Shown in pieces: positions 1 to 8,000 of a stretch of DNA of 47,961 nucleotides; within the stretch, counting starts at the first letter, position 1; every line of letters starts with the position of its first letter. The notes below the pieces were generated by a model. That model saw only the letters and a program-made list of their open reading frames with translations. It ran no database searches and was not told the DNA's origin. This stretch comes from a virus (Duplodnaviria; Caudoviricetes): IMG/VR virus record IMGVR_UViG_3300042868_005023, positions 1-47,961 of that record, one strand, 5' to 3'. The translations under genes were made by a program, and so were the position numbers.

Positions 1-538
1 ATTGGAGTAGATGATGAGTTTTGAAAGAAAGTTGTTGAGACAATTAATGGGTTGGATGTTCGACTTGTCAGATATTTATGCTAATGATAAATCATCAGAC
101 GATAGAATCAAATTAATGCTGAAAGAGGATATTACCAAGATAAAAGAACTCCTCGCCCAACCTGAGCAAGAGCCAACAACACGGTATGCGCTTGACTCAT
201 ATTGGAATCAAGAAGCATATCAAAGAGGTTATGCAGAAGCAAAACGTAAATTAAAACGTGAGCCTTTAATTAATAAATATGTATTAAACGCTTTTAAAGC
301 TGATGATGAAGCCACACATCCCTACAGTTATTGGGCAGGTGTTGATTTTGCTGAGAAGCATCACGGCATTGGAGTAGATGATGAGTTTTGAAAGAAAGTT
401 GTTGAGACAATTAATGGGTTGGATGTTCGACTTGTCAGATATTTATGCTAATGATAAATCATCAGACGATAGAATCAAATTAATGCTGAAAGAGGATATT
501 ACCAAGATAAAAGAACTCCTCGCTCAACCTGAGCAAGA
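1..538 (+). repeat. 171-bp direct repeat (1-171 and 368-538, one mismatch)
   Basis: Direct comparison; yields identical N-termini for ORFs 11..391 and 378..737. Confidence 0.95.
11..391 (+). CDS. Mosaic family protein 1 (LAQPEQE hinge, HGIG tail)
   Basis: GGAG SD, coupled ORF, shares blocks with neighbours. Confidence 0.85.
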   Translation: MMSFERKLLRQLMGWMFDLSDIYANDKSSDDRIKLMLKEDITKIKELLAQPEQEPTTRYALDSYWNQEAYQRGYAEAKRKLKREPLINKYVLNAFKADDEATHPYSYWAGVDFAEKHHGIGVDDEF

Positions 539-737
539 AAATTTAACCCCACGACAAGGGCTAGAAGTATATAAAAAAGGCTACTATCAAGCAGAGTTGG
601 ATTTGAAACGTGAGCCTTTGAGTGATGATGTAATAGCAGATTTATGGGGGGATAAATATGCTGGTAAAACTTTTATGGTTCGTAACTTTGCAAGAGCGAT
701 AGAAAAAGCACACGGTATTGGAGTAGATGATGAGTAA
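378..737 (+). CDS. Mosaic family protein 2
   Basis: Same N-terminal half as protein 1, different C-terminal half ending AIEKAHGIG. Confidence 0.85.
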   Translation: MMSFERKLLRQLMGWMFDLSDIYANDKSSDDRIKLMLKEDITKIKELLAQPEQENLTPRQGLEVYKKGYYQAELDLKREPLSDDVIADLWGDKYAGKTFMVRNFARAIEKAHGIGVDDE

Positions 738-1089
738 AGAAAGAGAGTTTTTAAAGAAGCTTAGATACGCTACACATTTGGAAAATGATTTCAGAAAAGA
801 GCTTGAAGAACTCCTCGCCCAACCTGAGCAAGAGCAAGAGCCTGTAGCTTGGAAAGTAGTAGATAGAACCACTGGAGACTTTATGTTTTCTAGGGTTAAA
901 CCAATGGAGCGTTCATATAAATATGATGTGGTAATACCGTTATACACAGCACCAGCAGCCCGAAAACATTTAACTGGCATAGAAATATCACAAGGGTTTA
1001 AAGCTGATGATGACGCTACACACCCATACAGTTATTGGGCAGGTATTAATTTTGCTGAAAAGCACCACGGTATTGGAGGTGGGGAATGA
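727..1089 (+). CDS. Mosaic family protein 3 (EPVAW...PLYTAP module)
   Basis: LAQPEQE hinge; C-terminal block shared with protein 1. Confidence 0.85.
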   Translation: MMSKEREFLKKLRYATHLENDFRKELEELLAQPEQEQEPVAWKVVDRTTGDFMFSRVKPMERSYKYDVVIPLYTAPAARKHLTGIEISQGFKADDDATHPYSYWAGINFAEKHHGIGGGE

Positions 1090-1328
1090 ATTTATTTAGT
1101 AGAAACGTAGAGGCATACAAGTTAGATTTAAAGGATGATATGAGCAAAGAAGACCAACTTACAATACCTTCAACATATTATATGGGGCATGCAAAAGATG
1201 GGGGGGTCAGATTTCTTATTAAAGCAAATAACAGCTGCGACTTTCAAGAATTAATTTTTACTAAAGATCAAGCAAAATCTTTGGTTGAACAGTTTCAGTT
1301 TTATATGGGGGAAGATGATGAAAATTAA
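1086..1328 (+). CDS. Hypothetical phage protein
   Basis: ATGA overlap with upstream gene, GGAGG SD. Confidence 0.75.
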   Translation: MNLFSRNVEAYKLDLKDDMSKEDQLTIPSTYYMGHAKDGGVRFLIKANNSCDFQELIFTKDQAKSLVEQFQFYMGEDDEN

Positions 1329-1458
1329 AAATAAATGGTGTCGTGTAGCATGGTTTTTAGATGCTAAAAGGGATTGTAATAATTATAAGTTTGAGTATAT
1401 CCCACATAAACAAAGAGCTACTAAAGCAATGCACAGCATGTACTGGAGGATGAGATGA
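1315..1458 (+). CDS. Small basic hypothetical protein (47 aa, MMKIKNKWCRVAWF...), absent from ORF track
   Basis: Manual translation; fills the gap and its TGA overlaps the next ATG (ATGA). Confidence 0.65.
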   Translation: MMKIKNKWCRVAWFLDAKRDCNNYKFEYIPHKQRATKAMHSMYWRMR

Positions 1459-1700
1459 ATAAAGAAAGGCGTGAGATCGAGTTACTGCAGAGGGCATTGA
1501 AGTGTATAGGTGAGTCAAGCAATGAAGATTTATGTGGTGAAATAGAAGTCTTCCTCGCTAACCCTGAGCAAGAGCCTTTAAGCGAAGATAAACTCGATGT
1601 ACTTGCTGAGGCTAATATAACAGACGAGGGCATTGCAGGATATTATTTGGGTTTTAGAGATGCTGAAAAGTATCACAGTATTGGAGGTGGGAATGAGTAA
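1455..1700 (+). CDS. Mosaic family protein 4
   Basis: FLANPEQEPL hinge and AEKYHSIGGG tail. Confidence 0.8.
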   Translation: MNKERREIELLQRALKCIGESSNEDLCGEIEVFLANPEQEPLSEDKLDVLAEANITDEGIAGYYLGFRDAEKYHSIGGGNE

Positions 1701-1971
1701 AGAAAGAGAGTTGTTGCAAAGAGTCATAGCTGGAGATGATGACGGTGATTTTTTTATTAGCCACAGACTATACAAAGATATTGAAACATTCCTCGCCCAA
1801 CCTGAGCAAGATAACTTTGATAAATTGATGCACAATTGTAATGTACGAAAAGAAGCAATAGCGGAGTTAATTCTATGTATGAGGTTCTCTAATAAACATG
1901 ACTTAGCACAAGCGGTTTTAGATTACATTCAAGGGCTTTCATCTGCTAATAGGGAGAAGAGAAATGACTGA
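1693..1971 (+). CDS. Mosaic family protein 5 (start revised from 1633 to ATG 1693)
   Basis: GGAGG SD then MSKERELL, matching paralog starts; LAQPEQ hinge; LAQAVLDY tail. Confidence 0.8.
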   Translation: MSKERELLQRVIAGDDDGDFFISHRLYKDIETFLAQPEQDNFDKLMHNCNVRKEAIAELILCMRFSNKHDLAQAVLDYIQGLSSANREKRND

Positions 1972-2146
1972 ACTAAGAGATAAGATAGCTATAGCTGTAC
2001 TGCAGGGGTTTATTCAATATATGGGGTGTGATCCTGAAGATTTATTATACCCAAAAAGAGAGCAGAAAAATAAACATGCTCTAAGTAAGTCAGCCTATGC
2101 CTACGCTGATGCGATGTTAGAAGAAAGAGAGAATAAAGATGAGTAA
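1964..2146 (+). CDS. Small phage protein, RDxxAxAxxxG...AYxxADAM type
   Basis: Motif shared with 2384..2569. Confidence 0.75.
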   Translation: MTELRDKIAIAVLQGFIQYMGCDPEDLLYPKREQKNKHALSKSAYAYADAMLEERENKDE

Positions 2147-2384
2147 CCAAATAATATTAAACTATCGCACCGAACATGATAGATGGGTTATTGATTTTAA
2201 TCATGAGCAAGAGAACTTTGGAGTATTTAAAGCTTTTTTAGAGCAGCTTGAATTTGATATACAACAAAATAATATAAAACGCCTAGTGCTATGTATGAGG
2301 CAAGATAATAAAAGTGTTTTAGCACAAGCGGTTTTAGATTATATGAAAGAGATTAATGCACCTATTGATATGGAGAAAGAGTAA
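2139..2384 (+). CDS. Hypothetical protein sharing LxLCMR...LAQAVLDY block with 1693..1971
   Basis: Coupled ORF; shared DNA block TAGCACAAGCGGTTTTAGATTA. Confidence 0.75.
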   Translation: MSNQIILNYRTEHDRWVIDFNHEQENFGVFKAFLEQLEFDIQQNNIKRLVLCMRQDNKSVLAQAVLDYMKEINAPIDMEKE

Positions 2385-2569
2385 TGAATACAAGAGATAC
2401 GATAGCTATAGCGGCTATGAATGGGTTAATGACTAAGAAGACTTGGAACTTGCAAGAGTTTGCACAAGACCCTATGAGGATAGCAATGTGGTCATATGAT
2501 ATAGCTGATGCAATGATAATAGAAAAGAAACGAAGAGAACTAGAAGAGAAAAGCAAAAATGATAATTAA
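2384..2569 (+). CDS. Small phage protein, paralog of 1964..2146
   Basis: RDTIAIAAMNG...SYDIADAM. Confidence 0.75.
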   Translation: MNTRDTIAIAAMNGLMTKKTWNLQEFAQDPMRIAMWSYDIADAMIIEKKRRELEEKSKNDN

Positions 2570-2975
2570 AACAACTAAACACTTAAGCAAAGCCCATCCA
2601 TCTGACGCAGCTTTTGATATTGAGGCTAGTGAGGAAAACCTCGTGTATGGTTACAGCAGGAAGTTAATTAGCACAGGTGTACGTATGGCAATACCTGAAG
2701 GTTACTGCGGTATTATTAAGTCTCGTAGCGGACTTGCTGTAAAGAATAGTATAGAGGTTGGAGCAGGGGTTATTGACGCAGGATACAGAGGAGAGATAAA
2801 GGTCTTACTATGTAATTATGGTGAAGACGTATTGTACATCAATCCTGGAGATCGCATCGCACAGCTAATGCTCGTACCCGTACCTGCTGTAGTATTTGAA
2901 GTAGTAGAAGATCTAGACGAAACAACTCGTAATGATAAAGGTTTTGGCTCAACAGGGGTGAGTTATGAAAATTGA
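2559..2975 (+). CDS. dut: Trimeric dUTPase
   Basis: Motifs SRSGLA, GVIDAGYRGEI, RIAQL, RxxxGFGSTG. Confidence 0.95.
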   Translation: MIIKTTKHLSKAHPSDAAFDIEASEENLVYGYSRKLISTGVRMAIPEGYCGIIKSRSGLAVKNSIEVGAGVIDAGYRGEIKVLLCNYGEDVLYINPGDRIAQLMLVPVPAVVFEVVEDLDETTRNDKGFGSTGVSYEN

Positions 2976-3135
2976 AGAGCTTAAAGAAAAAGCAGATAAA
3001 GTATTAGATCAATGCAGCGGGTGGTCAAGTTCTACAGACGGATCGTATGAAGCCTGTTTATCTCATTGTGGGTACTATGCTATACTAGCAGACATTTCTA
3101 AAATTGAACAAGGTAAAGAAGATGAGATTTTATAA
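2965..3135 (+). CDS. Hypothetical protein (56 aa, MKIEELKEKADK...), absent from ORF track
   Basis: Manual translation; overlaps neighbours as in a coupled operon. Confidence 0.6.
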   Translation: MKIEELKEKADKVLDQCSGWSSSTDGSYEACLSHCGYYAILADISKIEQGKEDEIL

Positions 3136-3247
3136 TGTAGATGAAAGCGAATTGAGGGCTCAAAAGTATAGAGCCTACGGTGTATTAGTAACGGCATTAC
3201 TTATCGCTTCTATAGTACTTAACTTAACTGTATTGGCACATTGCTAG
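3122..3247 (+). CDS. Small membrane protein (41 aa, C-terminal hydrophobic helix)
   Basis: Manual translation MRFYNVDESELRAQKYRAYGVLVTALLIASIVLNLTVLAHC. Confidence 0.55.
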   Translation: MRFYNVDESELRAQKYRAYGVLVTALLIASIVLNLTVLAHC

Positions 3248-3253
3248 AACTGT

Positions 3254-3358
3254 ATGGCTAACAAGAAAACAAATAAACAAAGATCTGAAGTTTTTGTAGT
3301 TGTGATTAAATTGCCATTAAAGAATCCATTTCGCGCATGTGAGAGAAGTTATGGGTGA
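3254..3358 (+). CDS. Possible 34-aa basic peptide (MANKKTNKQRSEV...)
   Basis: Manual translation; fills gap but SD is weak. Confidence 0.35.
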   Translation: MANKKTNKQRSEVFVVVIKLPLKNPFRACERSYG

Positions 3359-3548
3359 TCTAATAGATAGAGCAAATGATCAAGCACAACTGATCTTAGA
3401 GAAACAAATAGAGATGGCAAAAGGTACTAAATTAGATATCTTTTCTAATGAATCTGGACAATGCTGGTCTTGTGACAGCCCTATATCAGATGGTAGGCGA
3501 TGGTGCAGCAAAGAATGTTGCGAAGCTGCTGAGAGAGATGGTTGGTGA
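3351..3548 (+). CDS. TraR/DksA-like Cys-rich zinc-finger protein
   Basis: N-terminal DxxDxA (DLIDRA) plus CWSC...CSKEC; ATG 3351 preferred over 3339. Confidence 0.7.
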   Translation: MGDLIDRANDQAQLILEKQIEMAKGTKLDIFSNESGQCWSCDSPISDGRRWCSKECCEAAERDGW

Positions 3549-3877
3549 ATTGGGGAGCTTTTATATTTCCCCCAATAAACTTGTGGAACTACCCTAAACA
3601 ATATGAGGACTATATGGTAAACGAAGAAACAACTGTAAAACCTTTATGGAAACCTAAAGAACTTCCAGCTGACCCTATTAATAACCCAAGTCATTATACC
3701 CATGGTGGTATAGAAGTATTAGATTATATAGAAGCCAAAGGGTTGGATAGAGACTTTCACTTAGCTAATGTAATTAAGTATGTGTCTCGTGCCGGATATA
3801 AGATCAATAAGCTGGAAGATTTAAAGAAAGCTAGATTTTATTTAGATCGCAGGATTAAACTCTTGGAGACAGAGTGA
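3542..3877 (+). CDS. DUF3310 (SaV-like / T7 gp1.7-related) protein
   Basis: DPINNPSHY..GGIE...NVIKY..RAG.K...EDLKKA.FYL signature. Confidence 0.85.
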   Translation: MVNWGAFIFPPINLWNYPKQYEDYMVNEETTVKPLWKPKELPADPINNPSHYTHGGIEVLDYIEAKGLDRDFHLANVIKYVSRAGYKINKLEDLKKARFYLDRRIKLLETE

Positions 3878-4059
3878 TGACTTGTGAAGACGAATTAGAG
3901 CGTGATATAGCAGAGTTGCGAGCTGAGATAGCCGAGTTGAAAAAAGATGCATATAGGTATAAATTTATACGTTCAACCGTTGTTGATGAAGCAGGTGTTG
4001 CTGGATATGATAAGAGTGTGGATGAACATATAAGGAAAAGAAATGCGAGCCTTAATTAG
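3874..4059 (+). CDS. Hypothetical coiled-coil protein
   Basis: GGAG SD, overlap with upstream stop; LKKDAYRY. Confidence 0.7.
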   Translation: MMTCEDELERDIAELRAEIAELKKDAYRYKFIRSTVVDEAGVAGYDKSVDEHIRKRNASLN

Positions 4060-4189
4060 GAAGTGGTTTACACCTCCCCATGTATGCACAAAGTTTAGGC
4101 AATATTATGGGTTAAATTTAAAAATATGCGATGAGTGTAAAAAAGAAAGTCCTTTATGGGAAACCAACATAATTAAACACCAACGATAA
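4043..4189 (+). CDS. Small putative Zn-binding protein (48 aa; HxC...CxxC), absent from ORF track
   Basis: Manual translation MRALIRKWFTPPHVCTKF...ICDECKK; AAGGA SD. Confidence 0.55.
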   Translation: MRALIRKWFTPPHVCTKFRQYYGLNLKICDECKKESPLWETNIIKHQR

Positions 4190-4206
4190 TAACTGAGATC
4201 AATACA

Positions 4207-4758
4207 ATGAAAGTGCTATTAGAAAATTATACAGACCCTATATTAATAGGGAAATACGCAGGTATATGTTATGGGCGTGAAGGACAGGATGAGAAAAGAT
4301 TAAAACACATAATAGATGTTGGGCACCTAAGTTGTCTTCGTTTTGGCATGGCTGTTTTTAAAATTGAAGGCATATCTAGAGTATGTCTTGCACAGCTGAC
4401 TAGAAGTGTGCACTTATCTTATCTAGTACGTAGCTCACGTTATTGTGATGAAGCTGAAGCTGAGTTTATATTGCCCGAAGCTGTTGAGAAATATTATGAC
4501 GCTATGGATGGATATTTGTTTGAGGCCAGAGCGTTATATAAACACTTACGTTTATTGGGTGTATCCAAACAAGATGCACGATACATCCTCCCACAAGCGC
4601 AAGAGACAGAGCTTTACGTAGCAGGCAACTATCAGGCGTGGGCTGACTTTATCAAGCTTAGATCAAGCAAATCAGCGCAAACTGAAGTACGTGAAATAGC
4701 CTTGGCAATACAGAAAGAGTTACAGCAGGTAGCACCTATAATCTTTGGAGAAGTATGA
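4207..4758 (+). CDS. thyX: FAD-dependent thymidylate synthase ThyX-like protein with atypical signature
   Basis: GHxS, ISRxxxxQL.R...S....SxRY, DARYILP, F..LR....AQ.E.R; RHR replaced by RSV. Confidence 0.85.
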   Translation: MKVLLENYTDPILIGKYAGICYGREGQDEKRLKHIIDVGHLSCLRFGMAVFKIEGISRVCLAQLTRSVHLSYLVRSSRYCDEAEAEFILPEAVEKYYDAMDGYLFEARALYKHLRLLGVSKQDARYILPQAQETELYVAGNYQAWADFIKLRSSKSAQTEVREIALAIQKELQQVAPIIFGEV

Positions 4759-4985
4759 TGAGCATAGCACTAAGAGACAATGTTCTTATACGTAATCGTG
4801 ATCTAATCAATGGTTTGGTGTGGATAAGTCAAGGGTTTGAAGATGAGGAAGAATTTGATGAAGAGATACTTGTATTACAGACATCTGCTGCAAGGATAAT
4901 TACTCTTAACAGGGTAATATGTTTCTTTTTCACAGGGTTTATTGTCTCTAACGCATTCTGGATCTATAACTACTTATCCAATTAA
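4755..4985 (+). CDS. Small protein with C-terminal membrane anchor
   Basis: Acidic middle, hydrophobic C-terminus; ATGA overlap. Confidence 0.65.
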   Translation: MMSIALRDNVLIRNRDLINGLVWISQGFEDEEEFDEEILVLQTSAARIITLNRVICFFFTGFIVSNAFWIYNYLSN

Positions 4986-5030
4986 CCTAAAAGGTTAACC
5001 TCACAGTGATGAGCTGTGAGGTCTTTAGGG
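4986..5030. terminator. Hairpin at convergence of + and - operons, likely bidirectional terminator
   Basis: ACCTCACAG (4998-5006) pairs with CTGTGAGGT (5014-5022); outer CCTAAA/TTTAGG. Confidence 0.7.
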
Positions 5031-5031
5031 T

Positions 5032-8000
5032 TTAATATTCTTCATCTACTCCCAATTCAGGAATTTCAGCTTCAATTTCGTAAGCATTTTTACCTAAATT
5101 ATATCCTCTAGTGGCTTTATATTTGGCTTGCTCTCTAGCTTGCAATGAACTTAAAAGTGATGATGCATTTACATCTGCGCCAGGATGCCTCTCTGCAAAT
5201 TTAACAATTGCATCCATAACCTTTTCTTGTTCTTTAGGAGTAGCCTTAGCATACTTTTCATAAAGCAATTGTTTACGATCATCTATAAATTGATCTAACA
5301 TGTGTGCAGAACGAGAGGCTTTTGATTTCTCAGCCATATGCGCTGTCTCTACACCTAAACCTCTAGCCACAACATCCCAAAGGCCTATCTCTTCCTTAGC
5401 TACAATAGGTAATCCTTTGGTAGTCAATTTACCTTCGGTTGCATATCTGTACGCAGTCATTACATTGCGAATACCTGCTGGCATTAGCTTCTCAATTGCT
5501 TGTTCATACTTACCATCAGTCCAAGCTTCACCTGCTTTCATAATATTTGAAACAGTAGATCCTGCAGCACCTAACATTGTTTTTCCAAAGTCCCCAACAA
5601 CATCCTCTTTCAATGTCTCGTTTAGATCAGACTCTTGAATCATAGGTATCAAGTCACCAGCACCAATTCTTGGAGTTAGATTCATATTTGTGATAGTGCC
5701 TATAGGACCATCCAATATCATTTTAACAACAGTATTGTTAAGACCTGAGCTTCGCATTGCATTTCGCATATCTTGTTCGAGCGAATGTCTTTCGTCCTTA
5801 TCACCCACAATGTCTCTAATAAAATCAGTAAGAGACATGGCAAGACCTGCACCTGGCAAACCTAGAGCACCTGCGAACAACCAATGCATCGCATAAAGAC
5901 TTCCTAAGAACTTTATACCTTGTCTCCTAACTTCTGGAGATTCTCCTTTTAACGCATCATATCCAGCTTTGCCGAATGCAAAAAGAAGTTTAGCACCGTA
6001 TTGTTGGAATTGAGAAGCAATCTTAACCATTCCCCCAAAACCTGTCTTAACAAGCGAAGACTGACCTGTTGCGCCAAAGTCTCCCAAGTCTAAGTATGTG
6101 GTATCAATCGCGCTTCTAATAGCGTCCTGATGCGTCATACCACTTCTCATGTTGGCAATGTATGCCGCAGCTGCTGAAACCTGACGTGCAGCACTTTCTG
6201 CTTCAGCAAATGGTCTTGAAGTTATTTCCATAACCCGTTTAGCTTTAGCAAATGCTGAATCACTTTTACTGGTAGGTTTATTCTGTCCACTAAATGCTTG
6301 AGCATGTACACTAGGCAGTAGTAGACCTTCTGCTCGCATCTTATCCATCGCATCGGGTAAGTTGAACTCATCAGCATGTTTAGCACCTGTGACAAGATTG
6401 CCTATAGTATCTTTACGAGCTTCGGCACCTCTTTTTATATCACCAAAAGGTGTCTTCTTAGACATACTACTTGTGTACAAACCTACTGCAGAATTAAGAG
6501 CTCTACGTGCAGCATTTACACCATGTACTTTGGCTATACTTGGCGCACCTTGTAAGGGTATAGACGCTAACTGCAGTGCTGCAGAAGCTGGTGCAGATAA
6601 GTAGTAATGGAACACAGCACCTGTTATGGTGTTAATTGCACCACTGATCTGCTTAGGATAAACTGAATCAGTTATTTGCTTTTTAAATGCACTATAGTAA
6701 TCAGACGCCAAAGTCTCATCAACTGGCAACTCATGTTTTAAGTTATCTAACTTTGCCATTATGTTGTTAGACAATTTAATACGTGGTAACTGTTTACTCA
6801 TACTCAGAGCATAAGCATCAAACGATCTAAATATATCATTAGAATATCCAGCAGTGCCTTTACGATGCAAGAATCGTTTAGCGATACTTTGTTCGGGTCT
6901 TCCCATCAGATGCATTTGAAATAAATAATCTTTCATCTCATCTGCAACTATAGCAATATCCTCAGTAGATTCTATCTTTTCAAACTTCTTATCTACACTT
7001 TTCCATAACGCATCTAAAGAGCGGTTACCTGTCAATACACTACTGTTATCTCTTAAGATATCTTTAGTAACACCTTTTGTTTCAATGGAAGGATTATTGT
7101 CAATAAACTCACGAGCTTCTTCTTCACTTTCAAACTTACTAAATTTTGGAATTAACTCGCCAGTGTCTTCATCTATATCCCCATCAGTATATTGCACAGC
7201 ATAGTTGCCAAAACGCATAACAGGAAAGTAATCACCCTTTAGCTGGGTATGTTTCATCTTTTTAGTAAAGATCTCGCGCTGTCTTTCCTTTTTCTCATCA
7301 CTAATCTCTGCAGTGTCTATACGAGATAACTCCGCATTAATGTAATCTTGATAAGATTTTTTATAAAACTCTGCAAGTTTGTTATACATAAGTTTTGATT
7401 GAGGCGTTAGTTGCCCCCATCTTACTTTCAACGCTTTAAGATCTTTAACCCTTTGTGCATAACCTTTTTCCTGATTTGCTAACTCAGACTCAATTCTGTT
7501 ATCTATATTGTTAGGACTATCAGGGTTAGTATCCCAAGGAGATACTTCTAAGATTGTTGCCGAGTTTGCTGTATCACCAAGTATACCCATCTGTCTCCTG
7601 TTATCTTTGATGTACTTGTTTATTTGTTTACGTAGATCTAAGTAGCCTTCCAATAACTTATTTGTCATACCTGTAATTTCACGGGTATCTTTTAAGATTT
7701 CAGACGCACTGTTTTTAGATGGAGCTCCGTCTTCACTCGGTTTGCCACGTAAGTATTTAGCCCCAATTTCTCTAATGCCCGCTGCACTGAACAGCTCTAA
7801 GTACATGGGTAGCTTCTCACGATTAAAACTTGCTATAGCATTAGCTTTCTTCCTAATGTTTGGAACATTTTCATTGAAGTTATCTTTGCCTACTGAGTAA
7901 CGTATGTCAGGATTTTCAGCGGAGAATGCTCCAGTGTTGTCGGTAGCAGACTTAACTTGGGTAGGGTGAAATAAAACAATATGCTCTCCATCTTTGTATG

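Noticed and set aside
1633-1692. N-terminal extension of ORF 1633..1971
   Set aside because: Overlaps the upstream gene; ATG 1693 has the SD and matches paralog starts
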